Assembly (NCBI GenBank): GCA_031414535.1
Contig: JANNVQ010000040.1
Coordinates: 1 to 64,000 of the forward strand
DNA length: 64,000 nucleotides
Direction: 5' to 3'
DNA from: Gemmatimonas sp.
Lineage (GTDB): Bacteria; Gemmatimonadota; Gemmatimonadetes; Gemmatimonadales; Gemmatimonadaceae
Shown: positions 39,023-49,909 of the stretch, piece after piece
Layout: each line of letters opens with the position of its first letter
How positions within the stretch are numbered: the first letter of the stretch is position 1
Notes under the pieces: generated by a model
Database searches by the model: none
Told to the model about the DNA's origin: nothing
Seen by the model: only the letters and a program-made list of their open reading frames with translations
Made by a program: the position numbers and the translations under genes

Positions 39023-39748
39023 TCAGCGGGTCACCGCCCTGGGCACTTCGCGCAGAAGAGGCGAGAGCGTCAGCCACATATTGCGCGCGGCAATGCGTGC
39101 GCCCTCCTCTGTGGGATGAATGCCGTCGGGCTGATTGAGTTTAGACACGCCGGCGACTCCGTCGAGGAAGAACGGAATGAGGGTCACGCCCTGATCGGCC
39201 GCAACCGTCATAAAGAGATCGTGAAAGCGTCGCGTGTACGCCTGCCCAAGATTGGGTGGCGCTTCCATCTGCGCGAGCAGGATGCGCACCTGCGGGTTCA
39301 TGGCGCGCACTTTGAGGACGATTCCAACGATATTGGCCGCGGTCGTGTCGGGCTCCAAGCCGCGCAGGCCGTCATTGGCGCCGGTCTCAATGACCACCAC
39401 ATCGGGCTTGTCGCGTAACAGCCAATCGACGCGCCGCAGAGCGCCCGCCGAGGTCTCCCCGGAGAGTCCCGCATTCACCACTTGGATAGCCAGCCCGTTG
39501 GAATCGGCGAGCTGCTGGATCACCGCGGGGTAGGACGAGTCAGGATCGAGCCCCAGCCCGGCCGTGAGCGACGTGCCCACAAAGAGCACTCTGACACGTC
39601 CGTCCGTTGCCTGCGTAGGGACCACGGTAGTTGATTCCACCGGAACCTGCGCTACTGCGGCAGGCTTCGTCTCTGAGCCGCCGCAGGCCGTGAGCACTAG
39701 GCTCGCAGCCGCGCAGCTCCCTCGTACCATCAGTCCACTCAATCGCAT
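39023..39748 (-). CDS. SGNH arylesterase/acyl-CoA thioesterase (TesA-like), lipoprotein
   Basis: GTSLTAG, NAGLSGETS, GANDGLRG, DGIHP; LTAC lipobox. Confidence 0.9.
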   Translation of the reverse strand: MRLSGLMVRGSCAAASLVLTACGGSETKPAAVAQVPVESTTVVPTQATDGRVRVLFVGTSLTAGLGLDPDSSYPAVIQQLADSNGLAIQVVNAGLSGETSAGALRRVDWLLRDKPDVVVIETGANDGLRGLEPDTTAANIVGIVLKVRAMNPQVRILLAQMEAPPNLGQAYTRRFHDLFMTVAADQGVTLIPFFLDGVAGVSKLNQPDGIHPTEEGARIAARNMWLTLSPLLREVPRAVTR

Positions 39749-40453
39749 ATGCTCGTCGCTCGCGCTTTGACGAAGGAATACCGCAGCGGCACTGCCGCAT
39801 TGGCCGTGCTGCGTGATGTGTCGTTCGAGATTCCCAAAGGGGCCTTCGTCGCCATCGTAGGGCCCTCTGGCAGCGGCAAGACGACGCTCCTCGGCCTGCT
39901 TGCAGGACTCGACCAGCCGTCCCGCGGTGCCGTTGTTCTAGACGGATCAGACATGACGAAGCTCGACGAAGATGCTCGTGCGCGGCTCCGTGGGGAGAAA
40001 GTTGGGTTCATTTTCCAATCCTTTCAACTCATTCCTACACTTACGGCCCAAGAAAACGTCCAGGTCCCTCTGGAACTTCAGGGCCGTGCCGATGCCTCCG
40101 AGCGCGCGCGAGACCTCCTCGGCCGCGTTGGCCTGGGCGACCGCTTGGACCACTTCCCTACCCAGCTCTCCGGTGGTGAACAGCAGCGCGTCGCCATTGC
40201 GCGAGCCTTCGCCAATGAACCGCGCATCCTCTTTGCCGACGAACCCACCGGCAACCTCGATGGTGCCACGGGTGCGAAAATCGTCGCGCTGCTCGATCAG
40301 CTCAACCGCGAGTCCGGTGCCACGGTGGTGATTGTCACGCACGACCTCGGGCTCGCCGAGCATGCGCAGCGCGTGATTCGCCTGCGCGACGGGGTGGTGG
40401 TGGAAGATCGCCCCGGGGCGGGTGCCGCCATGCCGGTGGAGAAGGGCGCGTGA
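39749..40453 (+). CDS. ABC ATP-binding protein (YbbA-like)
   Basis: [25 protein letters not shown]. Confidence 0.93.
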   Translation: MLVARALTKEYRSGTAALAVLRDVSFEIPKGAFVAIVGPSGSGKTTLLGLLAGLDQPSRGAVVLDGSDMTKLDEDARARLRGEKVGFIFQSFQLIPTLTAQENVQVPLELQGRADASERARDLLGRVGLGDRLDHFPTQLSGGEQQRVAIARAFANEPRILFADEPTGNLDGATGAKIVALLDQLNRESGATVVIVTHDLGLAEHAQRVIRLRDGVVVEDRPGAGAAMPVEKGA

Positions 40454-42996
40454 AGGCTCCCATCTCTACGCTCTTCCGCCTCGCGTGGCGGGAGAGCCGC
40501 ACCGCGCGCAAGCGCCTGTTGCTCTACATGAGCAGCATCTCGCTGGGCGTCGCGGCACTCGTCGCCATCGATTCGTTCGCGGCCAATGTGCAGCGCTCAA
40601 TCAAAGAGCAGTCGCGCACGCTGATGGGTGGTGACGTCAATCTGCGCGCGCGGCAGTTCTTTAGTCCGGCAGCGGATTCCCTCCTCGACTCGCTCGCGAC
40701 GGCAGGCTTCCCCTACGCCAAGGTAACGAGCTTCGCTTCGATGGCGAGCGCGCAACCCAGCGGCAACACGCGGCTCACGCAGGTGCGCGCAGTGACGGAA
40801 GGCTTCCCGTTTTACGGGGAAGTGCTCACCGAGCCGGCGAATCAGTGGAAGGACCTGCACGTGGGCAATGCGGTGATGGTGGACCCCTCGCTGCTCATCG
40901 GTCTCGATGCGCGCGTTGGTGATTCGCTCCAGATCGGCTACGCACGCTTCGAGATTCGTGCGTCCATCACCAACATTCCCGGCGATCCCGGCATCGCGGC
41001 CACGATTGGGCCTCGCGTATTCATCTCTGCCAAGAACCTCGCCGCGACCGGCCTGCTCGGGCTCGGCGCTCGCGCCGAGTACGAGGCGGTACTCAAGTTG
41101 CCCGAGGGCACGCGCACGCCCATTTGGGTAGCGCCACTGCGACCCAAGTTCGAAAAGGCCAACATTCGGCTGCGCACGGTCGAAGAACGTGAAGGAGATC
41201 TCACGGAAGCCATCGAGCAGTTAGCACGCTTCCTTTCGGTAGTGGGACTCATTGCCCTGTTGCTCGGTGGCATTGGCGTGGCCAGCGGCGTCAACGCGTT
41301 CGTACAACGAAAAATTGATACCGTCGCGGTGCTGCGATGCTTAGGCGCATCAAGCGCACAGGTCCTCACGATCTATCTCGTGCAGGCTGCCGTGATGGGC
41401 TTTGTGGGCGCTGCGGCGGGAGTCGTGTTGGGTGTCGGTATTCAGTTCGGGCTACCGGTGTTGCTCGGCGATTTCCTGCCTGTGGACGTGACGGTGGCCT
41501 TAGTGCCCAATGCAATCCTGCTGGGTCTTGGCATCGGCGTGTGGGTGGCCGTCGTGTTCGCGCTGCGTCCGCTGCTCGTGCTGCGACGCGTGTCGCCGCT
41601 ACAGGCCATCCGGCGCGACGATGACGCGCTGGATGAATCACGCCGCAGAGACTCACTGACGCAGATCACCAACCTCGCACTCGTTGCGAGTGTGTTTGGC
41701 TTGGCTATCAACCGCGCCGAGACGCTCGAGCAGGGTGTGTTCTTCGCCCTCGGTGTGTTCTTGTCTATCGGCCTGCTGTGGTTCAGCGCGGTGATGCTCT
41801 CGAAACTGACGCGCCGTTTGATTTCGCCGCGTTGGCCTTACGTGCTGCGCCAGGGTGTGGCCAACTTGCATCGTCCGGCGGCGCAGACGCAGGCGGTGGT
41901 CTTGGCACTGGGATTTGGCTCCTTCCTCGTGACGACCATTATCCTCGTGCAGGCGAACCTGCTCAAGGCGTTTGATCTCACGGCCGCGAACTCGCGCGGC
42001 AATCTCGTGTTCTTCGACGTGCAGAACGATCAACGCGAAGGCCTCTCGACACTCGTCACGTCCAACGGGCATGCCTTGGTGAGCGAAACGCCGATCGTGA
42101 CTATGCGATTCGCGGGCGGTAATGGACTGAACGCCGAGGATTGGGCCGAGAAGGTAGGCATCCCGGCGCGCAACTGGGCCATTCGCCGCGAGTATCGCTC
42201 CACCTATCGCGATTCCACGGTGGAGACGGAGACCCTACTCAGCGGCAAATGGTTTGGGGACCGCGAGTTGGCACCGGGCCTCTATGAGGTCTCGCTCGAA
42301 CGCGACATCACCGCCGAACTGAAGGCAACTGTGGGCGACACGCTGGTGTGGGACGTGCAGGGCGTGCAAATCCGCACGATTCTCACCAGCACACGCGAAG
42401 TGGACTGGGGTCGCTTTGAACCCAACTTCTTTGCGGTCTTCCCGACGGCCGCGTTGAAGGGAGCGCCAGCGCAGTTCGTCACCATCGCCGCCGTCGCAAG
42501 CGACACCGCGGTTGCGCGCTTGCAGCGCGAGGCCGTGCGCAGCTATCCGAACGTGTCGAGCATTGACCTCTCACTCGTGCGTGGCACCATCACACAGATC
42601 GTGAGCAAGGTCACGCTGACGGTGCGATTCCTCGCGCTGTTCTCGCTAGCGATGGGCATCCCGGTGCTCTTCTCCGCCGTGGCGGCCACGCGACGCGATC
42701 GTTTGCGCGAGGGCGTGTTGCTCAAGACGCTCGGCGCAACGCGCGCACAGATTGGGCGCATCCTGCTCGCGGAATACGCGGTACTTGGCGTGCTTGGAAG
42801 TCTCACGGGTATGGTCTTGGCCGTTGGCGGCGCTTGGGGTCTGGTTACCTTTGTGTTCCAAGGCACCTTCGCCTTCGCGGCATTGCCCGCGTTTGGGATT
42901 GCCGCGGCGATGACGGGACTCGCGATATCCATTGGCCTGCTCACCGGGCGCGACGTGTTCCGCGAAACCCCGATGGCCGCGTTGCGCGAGAACTAG
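40450..42996 (+). CDS. ABC permease (YbbP-like, FtsX family)
   Basis: LAWRESR, two FtsX-like TM blocks, LRCLGAS and LKTLGAT. Confidence 0.9.
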   Translation: MKAPISTLFRLAWRESRTARKRLLLYMSSISLGVAALVAIDSFAANVQRSIKEQSRTLMGGDVNLRARQFFSPAADSLLDSLATAGFPYAKVTSFASMASAQPSGNTRLTQVRAVTEGFPFYGEVLTEPANQWKDLHVGNAVMVDPSLLIGLDARVGDSLQIGYARFEIRASITNIPGDPGIAATIGPRVFISAKNLAATGLLGLGARAEYEAVLKLPEGTRTPIWVAPLRPKFEKANIRLRTVEEREGDLTEAIEQLARFLSVVGLIALLLGGIGVASGVNAFVQRKIDTVAVLRCLGASSAQVLTIYLVQAAVMGFVGAAAGVVLGVGIQFGLPVLLGDFLPVDVTVALVPNAILLGLGIGVWVAVVFALRPLLVLRRVSPLQAIRRDDDALDESRRRDSLTQITNLALVASVFGLAINRAETLEQGVFFALGVFLSIGLLWFSAVMLSKLTRRLISPRWPYVLRQGVANLHRPAAQTQAVVLALGFGSFLVTTIILVQANLLKAFDLTAANSRGNLVFFDVQNDQREGLSTLVTSNGHALVSETPIVTMRFAGGNGLNAEDWAEKVGIPARNWAIRREYRSTYRDSTVETETLLSGKWFGDRELAPGLYEVSLERDITAELKATVGDTLVWDVQGVQIRTILTSTREVDWGRFEPNFFAVFPTAALKGAPAQFVTIAAVASDTAVARLQREAVRSYPNVSSIDLSLVRGTITQIVSKVTLTVRFLALFSLAMGIPVLFSAVAATRRDRLREGVLLKTLGATRAQIGRILLAEYAVLGVLGSLTGMVLAVGGAWGLVTFVFQGTFAFAALPAFGIAAAMTGLAISIGLLTGRDVFRETPMAALREN

Positions 42997-43024
42997 GCGC
43001 GCAGCCGCCGCGCAGCCGCTACGC

Positions 43025-45544
43025 TCAGTTGACGCGGAGGATGGCGAGGCGCGCCGTGCTGGGAGGCGGCGCGCCGTTCGTTGCACTCAAGCTGATAAAG
43101 CGCCGCGTGCCGGCCGCGCCCGGCGTGACTCTGACGAGTTGAAATCCGCCGGGTGCGAGCTCCGATACCGTAAGCGTAAAGTTTCCGACCGGCGCGAGTG
43201 CCTGCAGCGGATGCGCACGCGAGTAGCGTGTGTCGGTGGCGATCGCGGTGCCGCAAGGACCGAGGTCCCCGCACAGGCCAGCAAAAATGCTGCTCAGATT
43301 CCACGAGGGGAACCGCAGTGTCGGATCCGCGCTTGTGGTCGCGGCGCGTCCATCCGTGGCCAGCGCCAGCGACCAACGGCCGAGCATCTGCTCCCAGGTG
43401 CGGCCCGCGCGAGCTTCCAGATTGGCGACGCCGGACTGTGGATTCACCGTCAACTGCTGCGTGAATGTCGCCTCGGCAGTGGCGCTATGGTCCATGGCCC
43501 AGCGCAGCAAAGACCATCCGCTGCCGTAGTACGAGAAGTCGCCACCGGTGAGGGCGCCCAAGGGAGAGCGCGCGCTCGGTGCGCTCAGGAAATCCCAGAG
43601 GCCATCGAAAGTCGGCTTCATGAGCGCTGGGGTGTCGGCGCAGGTCCCATCGCCGCGGGCGGCGAGAATCTCACAGCGAATCGTGGCGTACTCTGTGTCG
43701 CCAGTGGCGCTGGCAGAGGTTAGGGCCCGCGTGAACAATTCCTCCGCGTGCTGTGCGGTGGCTTCCTCGAGCCATGACTCCTCAAGCGGAAGGTTGCGCA
43801 CGATGCGTTCGGCGAAGCTGACGACGTGTTTGAGTTCATGGGCGACCGTTCCGCGCACGGTATGCCGCCAACGCCTGATGGCCACGGCTGCATCCAGATC
43901 GCCGGAGAGTGTTGGGACCTGCAGGTAGAGCATCTCCCCGAAGTTGCTAGCGGCAAACTGTGAGCGGGCAAAGAAATCACAGGTTACGACGGCGCCAAAC
44001 ACCGCTCCGCCGCGCATCGCGTTCAGTTCCGGCGTCAGCGCGATGACGATGCGGTTGTTTCCATCGAGCCTGCCGTCCATCACCAAGGGATCGCCGAAGC
44101 GCGTAATGATGGGCCAGACGAGGTTGTCTATCTCTGCGCCAAGGCGTTGGATGGCGACGTCCATCTGCCCCGCGAGCAACGGTGTGGAGCCGAGGCGTGT
44201 GGCGGTATCCTCCACGATGTACACACGGCTTCCGGCGTATACGGTGCGCGCTTGAATGCTGCGGTACGTGGTGCAGATGTTGGCTGCGTCGAGATTCGGG
44301 ACGCGCACCGCGGTGAGCTCTCCGATGGGAGCGACTTGGAGTTCCGACATCACCGACGCTGAAATGCGCTCAGCGAGGGCTTTGCGCGAGGCCTCCATAA
44401 TTGCGAGGTGCGCGTCGCTGACTCTCGGCGTAGCGGAAGACGCTACCGCTTGAATGCTCAGCGGTGTGGCAATCCCAGCTCTCGCCTCGAAGCTGAGGTT
44501 CAGCGACCCTGCGCCCAGCGCACGCGCCGTGTTCAGGATGGATACCAGGTACTCGCCTTCGCCGGGAAGCTCGAGGCAACGCAGATCGCCAGCGCCCGTG
44601 AGTACAAGCGCCTCACCGACGGCGGGAGCGCGTTGCGGTGCGAGTTCGAGCCCCGCGCTAATCGCCGCAACGCCACCGAGTGCGGTGACCTGTACCGCGA
44701 CGGTTGCGGTGGGGAGGCAGGGGAGCGTAGTCGTATTGAGCCGCGCCGTGATGAGCGAATCGTTCACCGTGAGTAGCTGCGCCGGCCGACCGTCGACGTA
44801 TACCGAGGTCCCGGTCCCCGTGGGCTGCAATTGCGAACCGCGGATGGTGAATGTTGTACCCGGACCAATCAGCGCGGGCGAAATAGACGCAATCATGGGC
44901 GCTGTGGCGCTCGGAGCCGGCGCCACGCGCACGATGACATCGCGCGACGCGCCATCTGCAAACACGCGAATAACGGCTCGCCCCACCGCCACTGGAGTCA
45001 CAACTCCGAGTGCGTTGACGGACGCGATGCGCGGCGCGTCACTGGTCCACACGAGTGGCGCGCCGATGATTTCCTGACCGGATGCGTCAAACGGCGTTGC
45101 CGAGAGCTGTGCAGTTGAGCCCGGCAGAATCAAGGAGACTGAGTCCGTACTTGGCACGAGCGTCACAGCCGGTGGATTCACCAACTGCAACTCGCGCTCA
45201 GCGACGACGCGCCCCACTGAGGCACGCACGACGCCCACGCCAGGGGCAAGCGCGAGGAGTCCACCTGCGGCATCCACAGAAAGCTTTGTCGGCGTGAGCG
45301 ACTTCCATTTCACGGGCCCAGCAGATGGATCATCGACGACTTCGCCCGCGCCATTGACCACGACGGCCAGAGCTTGAAGCAACACACCTGGGCGCAGGGT
45401 GTCGGAATAGAGCACAATGGCAACACGCCGCACATCACCTGGCGCGATGGCCGACTCGCACCCCAAGAGCGACGCGAGCAGCGTCAGCCCAAAGAGCCAC
45501 TTCGCGGGCACAAGACCCGCGCCGGGAGCGGGGAATCGGCGCAT
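43025..45544 (-). CDS. Lipoprotein with Ig-like and IPT/TIG domains plus zinc metallopeptidase domain
   Basis: LLGC lipobox; WTSDAPRIASV (Big_2-like); VAHELKH...WLEEATA. Confidence 0.75.
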   Translation of the reverse strand: MRRFPAPGAGLVPAKWLFGLTLLASLLGCESAIAPGDVRRVAIVLYSDTLRPGVLLQALAVVVNGAGEVVDDPSAGPVKWKSLTPTKLSVDAAGGLLALAPGVGVVRASVGRVVAERELQLVNPPAVTLVPSTDSVSLILPGSTAQLSATPFDASGQEIIGAPLVWTSDAPRIASVNALGVVTPVAVGRAVIRVFADGASRDVIVRVAPAPSATAPMIASISPALIGPGTTFTIRGSQLQPTGTGTSVYVDGRPAQLLTVNDSLITARLNTTTLPCLPTATVAVQVTALGGVAAISAGLELAPQRAPAVGEALVLTGAGDLRCLELPGEGEYLVSILNTARALGAGSLNLSFEARAGIATPLSIQAVASSATPRVSDAHLAIMEASRKALAERISASVMSELQVAPIGELTAVRVPNLDAANICTTYRSIQARTVYAGSRVYIVEDTATRLGSTPLLAGQMDVAIQRLGAEIDNLVWPIITRFGDPLVMDGRLDGNNRIVIALTPELNAMRGGAVFGAVVTCDFFARSQFAASNFGEMLYLQVPTLSGDLDAAVAIRRWRHTVRGTVAHELKHVVSFAERIVRNLPLEESWLEEATAQHAEELFTRALTSASATGDTEYATIRCEILAARGDGTCADTPALMKPTFDGLWDFLSAPSARSPLGALTGGDFSYYGSGWSLLRWAMDHSATAEATFTQQLTVNPQSGVANLEARAGRTWEQMLGRWSLALATDGRAATTSADPTLRFPSWNLSSIFAGLCGDLGPCGTAIATDTRYSRAHPLQALAPVGNFTLTVSELAPGGFQLVRVTPGAAGTRRFISLSATNGAPPPSTARLAILRVN

Positions 45545-45610
45545 TGTGATGTTCTTACCTTATGCAAACCCCAACTCCCGCGCCACCGTTCCGCGCGTAG
45601 ATTCTCGACT

Positions 45611-46168
45611 ATGCGCATCTCGCCCAGAGAGTGGTCGGCCGGTCGGAGCTGGCAATGGCGCGCGCCGCTGTTCGTGCTGCTGCTCTGGCAGGCCACCAAA
45701 CCCCTACGCGAGGCGGGCCCCAGCCTCTTTGGCGGCATCACGTTTGGCGCCCACGAGTTCGGCCACCTGTTCTTCGCATTCTTCGGCGAGTGGATGGGCA
45801 TCGCAGGCGGTTCCCTGATGCAATTGCTTATCCCCATCGGCGCCGCGGCCGTAGTACTCCGCTCGCGCGACTGGTTCGGCGCAGCAGTCTGCGGTCTCTT
45901 TCTCGCGTCCAGCCTCGGTGATCTTTCGTGGTACGTAGCCGATGCGCGTGCGCTAGAGCTGGACCTCGTGAGCTTCTCGCCAGATGGCGGCGAGCACGAC
46001 TGGCAATATCTGCTGAGTCACGCGGGTCTTCTCAAGCACGATCAAACGCTCGCCCGCCTCGCCCGACTCCTTGGCTGGATGTTGGTCTTCACATCCAGCC
46101 TGTTTGCCGCACGTCTGTTTTATTGGATGGCGACGGAGAAGCCTACGCCTAGCGAGTCCGACACCTAG
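45611..46168 (+). CDS. Membrane protein with HExxH motif (M50-like)
   Basis: AHEFGH, GGSLMQL, YVADA, HDW. Confidence 0.7.
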   Translation: MRISPREWSAGRSWQWRAPLFVLLLWQATKPLREAGPSLFGGITFGAHEFGHLFFAFFGEWMGIAGGSLMQLLIPIGAAAVVLRSRDWFGAAVCGLFLASSLGDLSWYVADARALELDLVSFSPDGGEHDWQYLLSHAGLLKHDQTLARLARLLGWMLVFTSSLFAARLFYWMATEKPTPSESDT

Positions 46169-46418
46169 GCCGCTCCGGCGGGCGGCCAGCGCACTGAATG
46201 CTTTCCGCCATGCCGGCAGAGATTGTTCCGCACGCCGTGTTGACCGCCGTCTTCAAGGCCTCGGCCTCATCCACGCCTGACGCGCTCGCGCAGTTCGTCT
46301 TGCCGTTGAAGGTCACGCAGGCATCGCACTCCACCTGCTGCGCACTCAGCGTGGAATACAGCAACAGGCCGGCGAAGCCGACCGCGATAATAATCGTGAT
46401 GATCGTGCTCTTTTTCAT
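46149..46418 (-). CDS. Small Cys-rich exported/membrane-anchored protein
   Basis: N-terminal hydrophobic helix, 6 Cys. Confidence 0.65.
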   Translation of the reverse strand: MKKSTIITIIIAVGFAGLLLYSTLSAQQVECDACVTFNGKTNCASASGVDEAEALKTAVNTACGTISAGMAESIQCAGRPPERPRCRTR

Positions 46419-47594
46419 CTACTGGGAACCGGTGGGATTGATGCGCATCGAACCTGGGAGGGCGTCGAGCAACGGCCGCAAGTCGGTTGCGCGGTCCAGC
46501 GAAGTGACGAAGGTTAGTCCATCAAGTGTGACGACGAGCATTCGCGACACGCCATACACAACGACGGTCCCACGCTCGGCGTGGACCACGTTGCAATCGG
46601 CCTCGACAAAGTGGACGTTGCCCACGGCTCCGTTGCCGTCGTCGTCCAGATCCCGCGCCCGGCGCAGCGAGGCCCAGGTACCGACGTCGTCCCAGCCAAA
46701 CTCGCCTTGAATGACGAGCAGGCGCTGAGTGCGCTCGAGAAGTCCACGCTCCAACGACGTAGCACGCACCATGCCGACGAAGGAGGGAAGGTTCCCGTGT
46801 TGCAGTGAATCGAGTCCGCCGCTGACTTCGGGCGTGTGGGCACGTAACTCGCTGAGGATGGTCTCAGCGGCACCCACGAGGATTCCCGAGTGCCAACGCG
46901 CGCCGGACTTGATGAGCCGCTCCGCCTCGTGCTCGCTCGGCTTCTCCGTGTAGGCAAGCGTCGTGGCCACCCCGCCCCGCGCGAGCGGAGTATCGAGGTC
47001 GAGTGCAGGGCCTGGCATCACATAGCCAAAACCCGTTTCGGGGCGCGACGGCTGAATGCCAATGGACACCAGCGCGCCCTCGCGGGCCGCGTACGCGCCA
47101 GCGCGACGCAGCGTCTGACGAAACTCCTGAGCAAAATCCACGGCGAGATCGGCGTGAATGGCAACGCACATAGCCGAGGGGCCCGCTCGACGCGACAACT
47201 CCTGCGCCCCCCAAGCCAGCGCGGCCGCCGTGCCCAACGGGTGCGGCTCCACAAGCACATTCTCATCAGGAACGTCCTTCGTCACCGAACGAATGGCCGG
47301 CGCGATGTCGCGACTCGTGAGAATCAAGACGCGCTCGGGCGGAATGGCCGGCTGCAGGCGTCCCACCGTTTCCTCAATCAGTGTCTGCTCGGACACCAGC
47401 GCGAGCAGCGGCTTGGGACGCGCTGGCGTAGACAGCGGCCAAAAGCGAGAGCCGATGCCGCCAGCGAAGACGATGGCCCACAGCGTGACGTCCGTCTCCG
47501 GTTCACTGAATGCGACGGGTTGTTCGGCGGGCATAGTGCCCACTGCTGACGCGCTGGACGAGCTGACGCTGGGCTTGTTACCGGGAATCGACAT
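46419..47594 (-). CDS. Mannose-1-phosphate guanylyltransferase
   Basis: AGGIGSRFWPLS...PK, PETGFGY, EKP, WDDVGTW. Confidence 0.88.
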   Translation of the reverse strand: MSIPGNKPSVSSSSASAVGTMPAEQPVAFSEPETDVTLWAIVFAGGIGSRFWPLSTPARPKPLLALVSEQTLIEETVGRLQPAIPPERVLILTSRDIAPAIRSVTKDVPDENVLVEPHPLGTAAALAWGAQELSRRAGPSAMCVAIHADLAVDFAQEFRQTLRRAGAYAAREGALVSIGIQPSRPETGFGYVMPGPALDLDTPLARGGVATTLAYTEKPSEHEAERLIKSGARWHSGILVGAAETILSELRAHTPEVSGGLDSLQHGNLPSFVGMVRATSLERGLLERTQRLLVIQGEFGWDDVGTWASLRRARDLDDDGNGAVGNVHFVEADCNVVHAERGTVVVYGVSRMLVVTLDGLTFVTSLDRATDLRPLLDALPGSMRINPTGSQ

Positions 47595-47643
47595 ATCTCA
47601 AAAACCTAGAAGGGGCTCAGCGTCATCGCCACGGCTCGGCCAA

Positions 47644-48963
47644 TTAACCGAGCACGAGAATGCCAACCGCGGCCACTGCCCACACTAGCAGCATGCCCGG
47701 TATCGCGAACTTGAGCCAACGGCCGTACGAGACTTTGGCATTCAACAGCATAGCGAAGAGCGCGCCGTTTGTAGGATTCACCGCATCCGTGAACACGCCA
47801 CCGGCGGAAAATGCCAATACCGCCGCATCGCGCGTGAATCCCAGAAGATCAGCCAGTGGTGCCATGATGGGCATGGTCAAAATCGCTTGGCCGCTGGTGG
47901 AGGGCACGCCGATGTGAATGAGCGCGTGCGCGGGGATCATCAGAATGGCCGCCGCCTCTCCAGGCACGGCCTGCAGTGGGAGCACGATGCCCGCAATGAT
48001 GGTGTCAATCACCTTTCCATCCGTGAGCACCAAGCTGATGCCGCGCGCGACGCCAATAAGCACTGCGGCGCCCACCATGCCTTCCATGCCCTTGATGAAC
48101 CCAACGGCCGTCTCGGCGAGGCTGAGCCGTTGCAAGGCGCCCACGACGAACGCGCCCACGATGAATAGGGCCGAGAGCTCATTGATGCCCCAGCCCCAGC
48201 GCAGCACGCCGATAGCATAGCAGATGATGGGAATCACCAGTGCCACAAGCGAGAGGCCGTCGCGCCAGGTCGGCGGCTCCAGCGCTGGCGCGGCCACGTC
48301 CGCCAGCGCGTCGTCCTTCTTGGCTAGCGAGAGCGTGTAGGTCAGCCATACGGCCAGCGCGACCAGCAATACCGTGATGCGCAGCGGTGCCGCAGAGAGC
48401 GGCGTCAGCTCGGCGGCCTTGAGTGCCGCACCGGTGCCGAAGGGATTCGTTGGCCCGAACGCTGCGCCCACCATCGCGGAGCCCATGCTCATTGCGAGCG
48501 CCGTGATGGCACCAAAGCCGAGCCCTCGTGAGAGCACCACTAGCACGGGAATCAACGCGATGAACTCTTCATGCATCTGCTCGGCCGCGCCCAAGCTCGC
48601 GAAGATGAGGCCCAGCACCACCACGAGCACTCGAGGCCGCCGCGTGCGTCCGATCAGTGCGCCGAGGAGCCGAGCCAGAGCGCCGGTGGCATCGAGCAAC
48701 GTAAAGGCCGCCCCGGCCGCGAAGATGGTGAAGATCACCTCGGCGCCGTTCGCGAAGCCCCGTGGCACGGCCACCAGGGCGTCGAAGATGCCAACCGGCG
48801 CGGATGTGACCGTGGCGTAGGTGCCTGGCACTACGACGGCGGCTCCCGTGACGGCATCAATCCGCCGCTCGTACGAGCCAGCCGGCAGCCACCAGGTCAA
48901 CAGGGCCGCAAAAGCCACGCCCCCCAGCAGCAAGACGAGCGGGTGCGGCGCGCGAAGCGTCAC
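47644..48963 (-). CDS. YfcC/DcuC-like transporter
   Basis: PHP...LTWWLPAGSY, NPFG, PSTSGQA, MPIMAPLADL. Confidence 0.85.
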   Translation of the reverse strand: MTLRAPHPLVLLLGGVAFAALLTWWLPAGSYERRIDAVTGAAVVVPGTYATVTSAPVGIFDALVAVPRGFANGAEVIFTIFAAGAAFTLLDATGALARLLGALIGRTRRPRVLVVVLGLIFASLGAAEQMHEEFIALIPVLVVLSRGLGFGAITALAMSMGSAMVGAAFGPTNPFGTGAALKAAELTPLSAAPLRITVLLVALAVWLTYTLSLAKKDDALADVAAPALEPPTWRDGLSLVALVIPIICYAIGVLRWGWGINELSALFIVGAFVVGALQRLSLAETAVGFIKGMEGMVGAAVLIGVARGISLVLTDGKVIDTIIAGIVLPLQAVPGEAAAILMIPAHALIHIGVPSTSGQAILTMPIMAPLADLLGFTRDAAVLAFSAGGVFTDAVNPTNGALFAMLLNAKVSYGRWLKFAIPGMLLVWAVAAVGILVLG

Positions 48964-49817
48964 GACTGCGTCGGTACGTGAGACGCTGCGGGAGGACGCG
49001 TGGGCTGCGGCTTTGGGCGGAACGGCATCGTGAGCAAAGCCGCGATGCTGCTGTGCTCCTTCGGGTCCATGTGCGTATCAATGCCGTATACGAGTTGCGC
49101 CCGATCAATCGTGCGGAAGGTGCCGAACATCCGGTCCCAGATTGAGAAGATGTTGCCGTAGTTGGAATCGGTGTGTGGCAGCACAAAGTGGTGATGCACC
49201 TTGTGCATGTTCGGCGAGACGATGACCCAACTGAGTGCGCGATCGAGCGCGGCAGGAATCGTGATATTGGCGTGGTTGAACTGGCTGAGCACCACGCTCA
49301 TCGCCTGATAGAGGAAGACCATCCACAGCGGCGCACCCACGATGACCACGGCGAGCGCCGTGAAGGCGAAACGCACCACGCTTTCACCCGGGTGATGACG
49401 ATTGGCCGTCGTGGTGTCTACGTGCGTATCGCTGTGATGCACGAGATGCAGCTTCCACAGCGGCGGCGTGTGATGCGAGACCCAGTGCGCGAGCCAGGCG
49501 GAAATGAGATCAAGCACCAGCAAGGCAACGAGCGTAGAGACCAACAGTGGCATGGCCGGCAACAGGAAAAGCAGGCCGAACTCTCGCGCGATGGCCCATT
49601 CCGACGCGCGTAGGAGCAGGAATGCCAACGCGAAATTGACGACGATGGTCGTGGCGGTGAAGAAGAAGTTCACCAAGGCGTGCGGCCACTTCCGGTACTG
49701 AAAGCGGAAGAGCGGCAACGCGGATTCCCAAATCCAGAAGCTGGCGATGCCGCCGGCGAGGATCAATGCGCGGTGCGACGAGGGGATGGTCGCGAAATAG
49801 TCTGCGATGGCATTCAT
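48960..49817 (-). CDS. Sterol desaturase/fatty acid hydroxylase family
   Basis: His boxes HWVSH, HLVHH, HKVHH; SNYG, WDRMFGT. Confidence 0.9.
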   Translation of the reverse strand: MNAIADYFATIPSSHRALILAGGIASFWIWESALPLFRFQYRKWPHALVNFFFTATTIVVNFALAFLLLRASEWAIAREFGLLFLLPAMPLLVSTLVALLVLDLISAWLAHWVSHHTPPLWKLHLVHHSDTHVDTTTANRHHPGESVVRFAFTALAVVIVGAPLWMVFLYQAMSVVLSQFNHANITIPAALDRALSWVIVSPNMHKVHHHFVLPHTDSNYGNIFSIWDRMFGTFRTIDRAQLVYGIDTHMDPKEHSSIAALLTMPFRPKPQPTRPPAASHVPTQS

Positions 49818-49875
49818 AAGGAGAGCAATCTAGGTCGCCGGATGCACGGACCGCAGGACCGGGCAGCATCTGAAC

Positions 49876-49903
49876 TTGACAATAAGTTAGGACATCCTAA
49901 ATT
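49876..49903 (+). promoter_or_regulatory. Leaderless promoter with DtxR/MntR-like operator
   Basis: TTGACA-16-TAAATT-6-ATG; palindrome TTAGGACATCCTAA at 49887-49900. Confidence 0.7.
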
Positions 49904-49909
49904 GACAGC

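Noticed and set aside
39739..39760. Back-to-back start codons (CATATG) of tesA-like and ybbA-like genes
   Set aside because: The divergent tesA/ybbAP arrangement is known from E. coli, and the tesA start may lie further in
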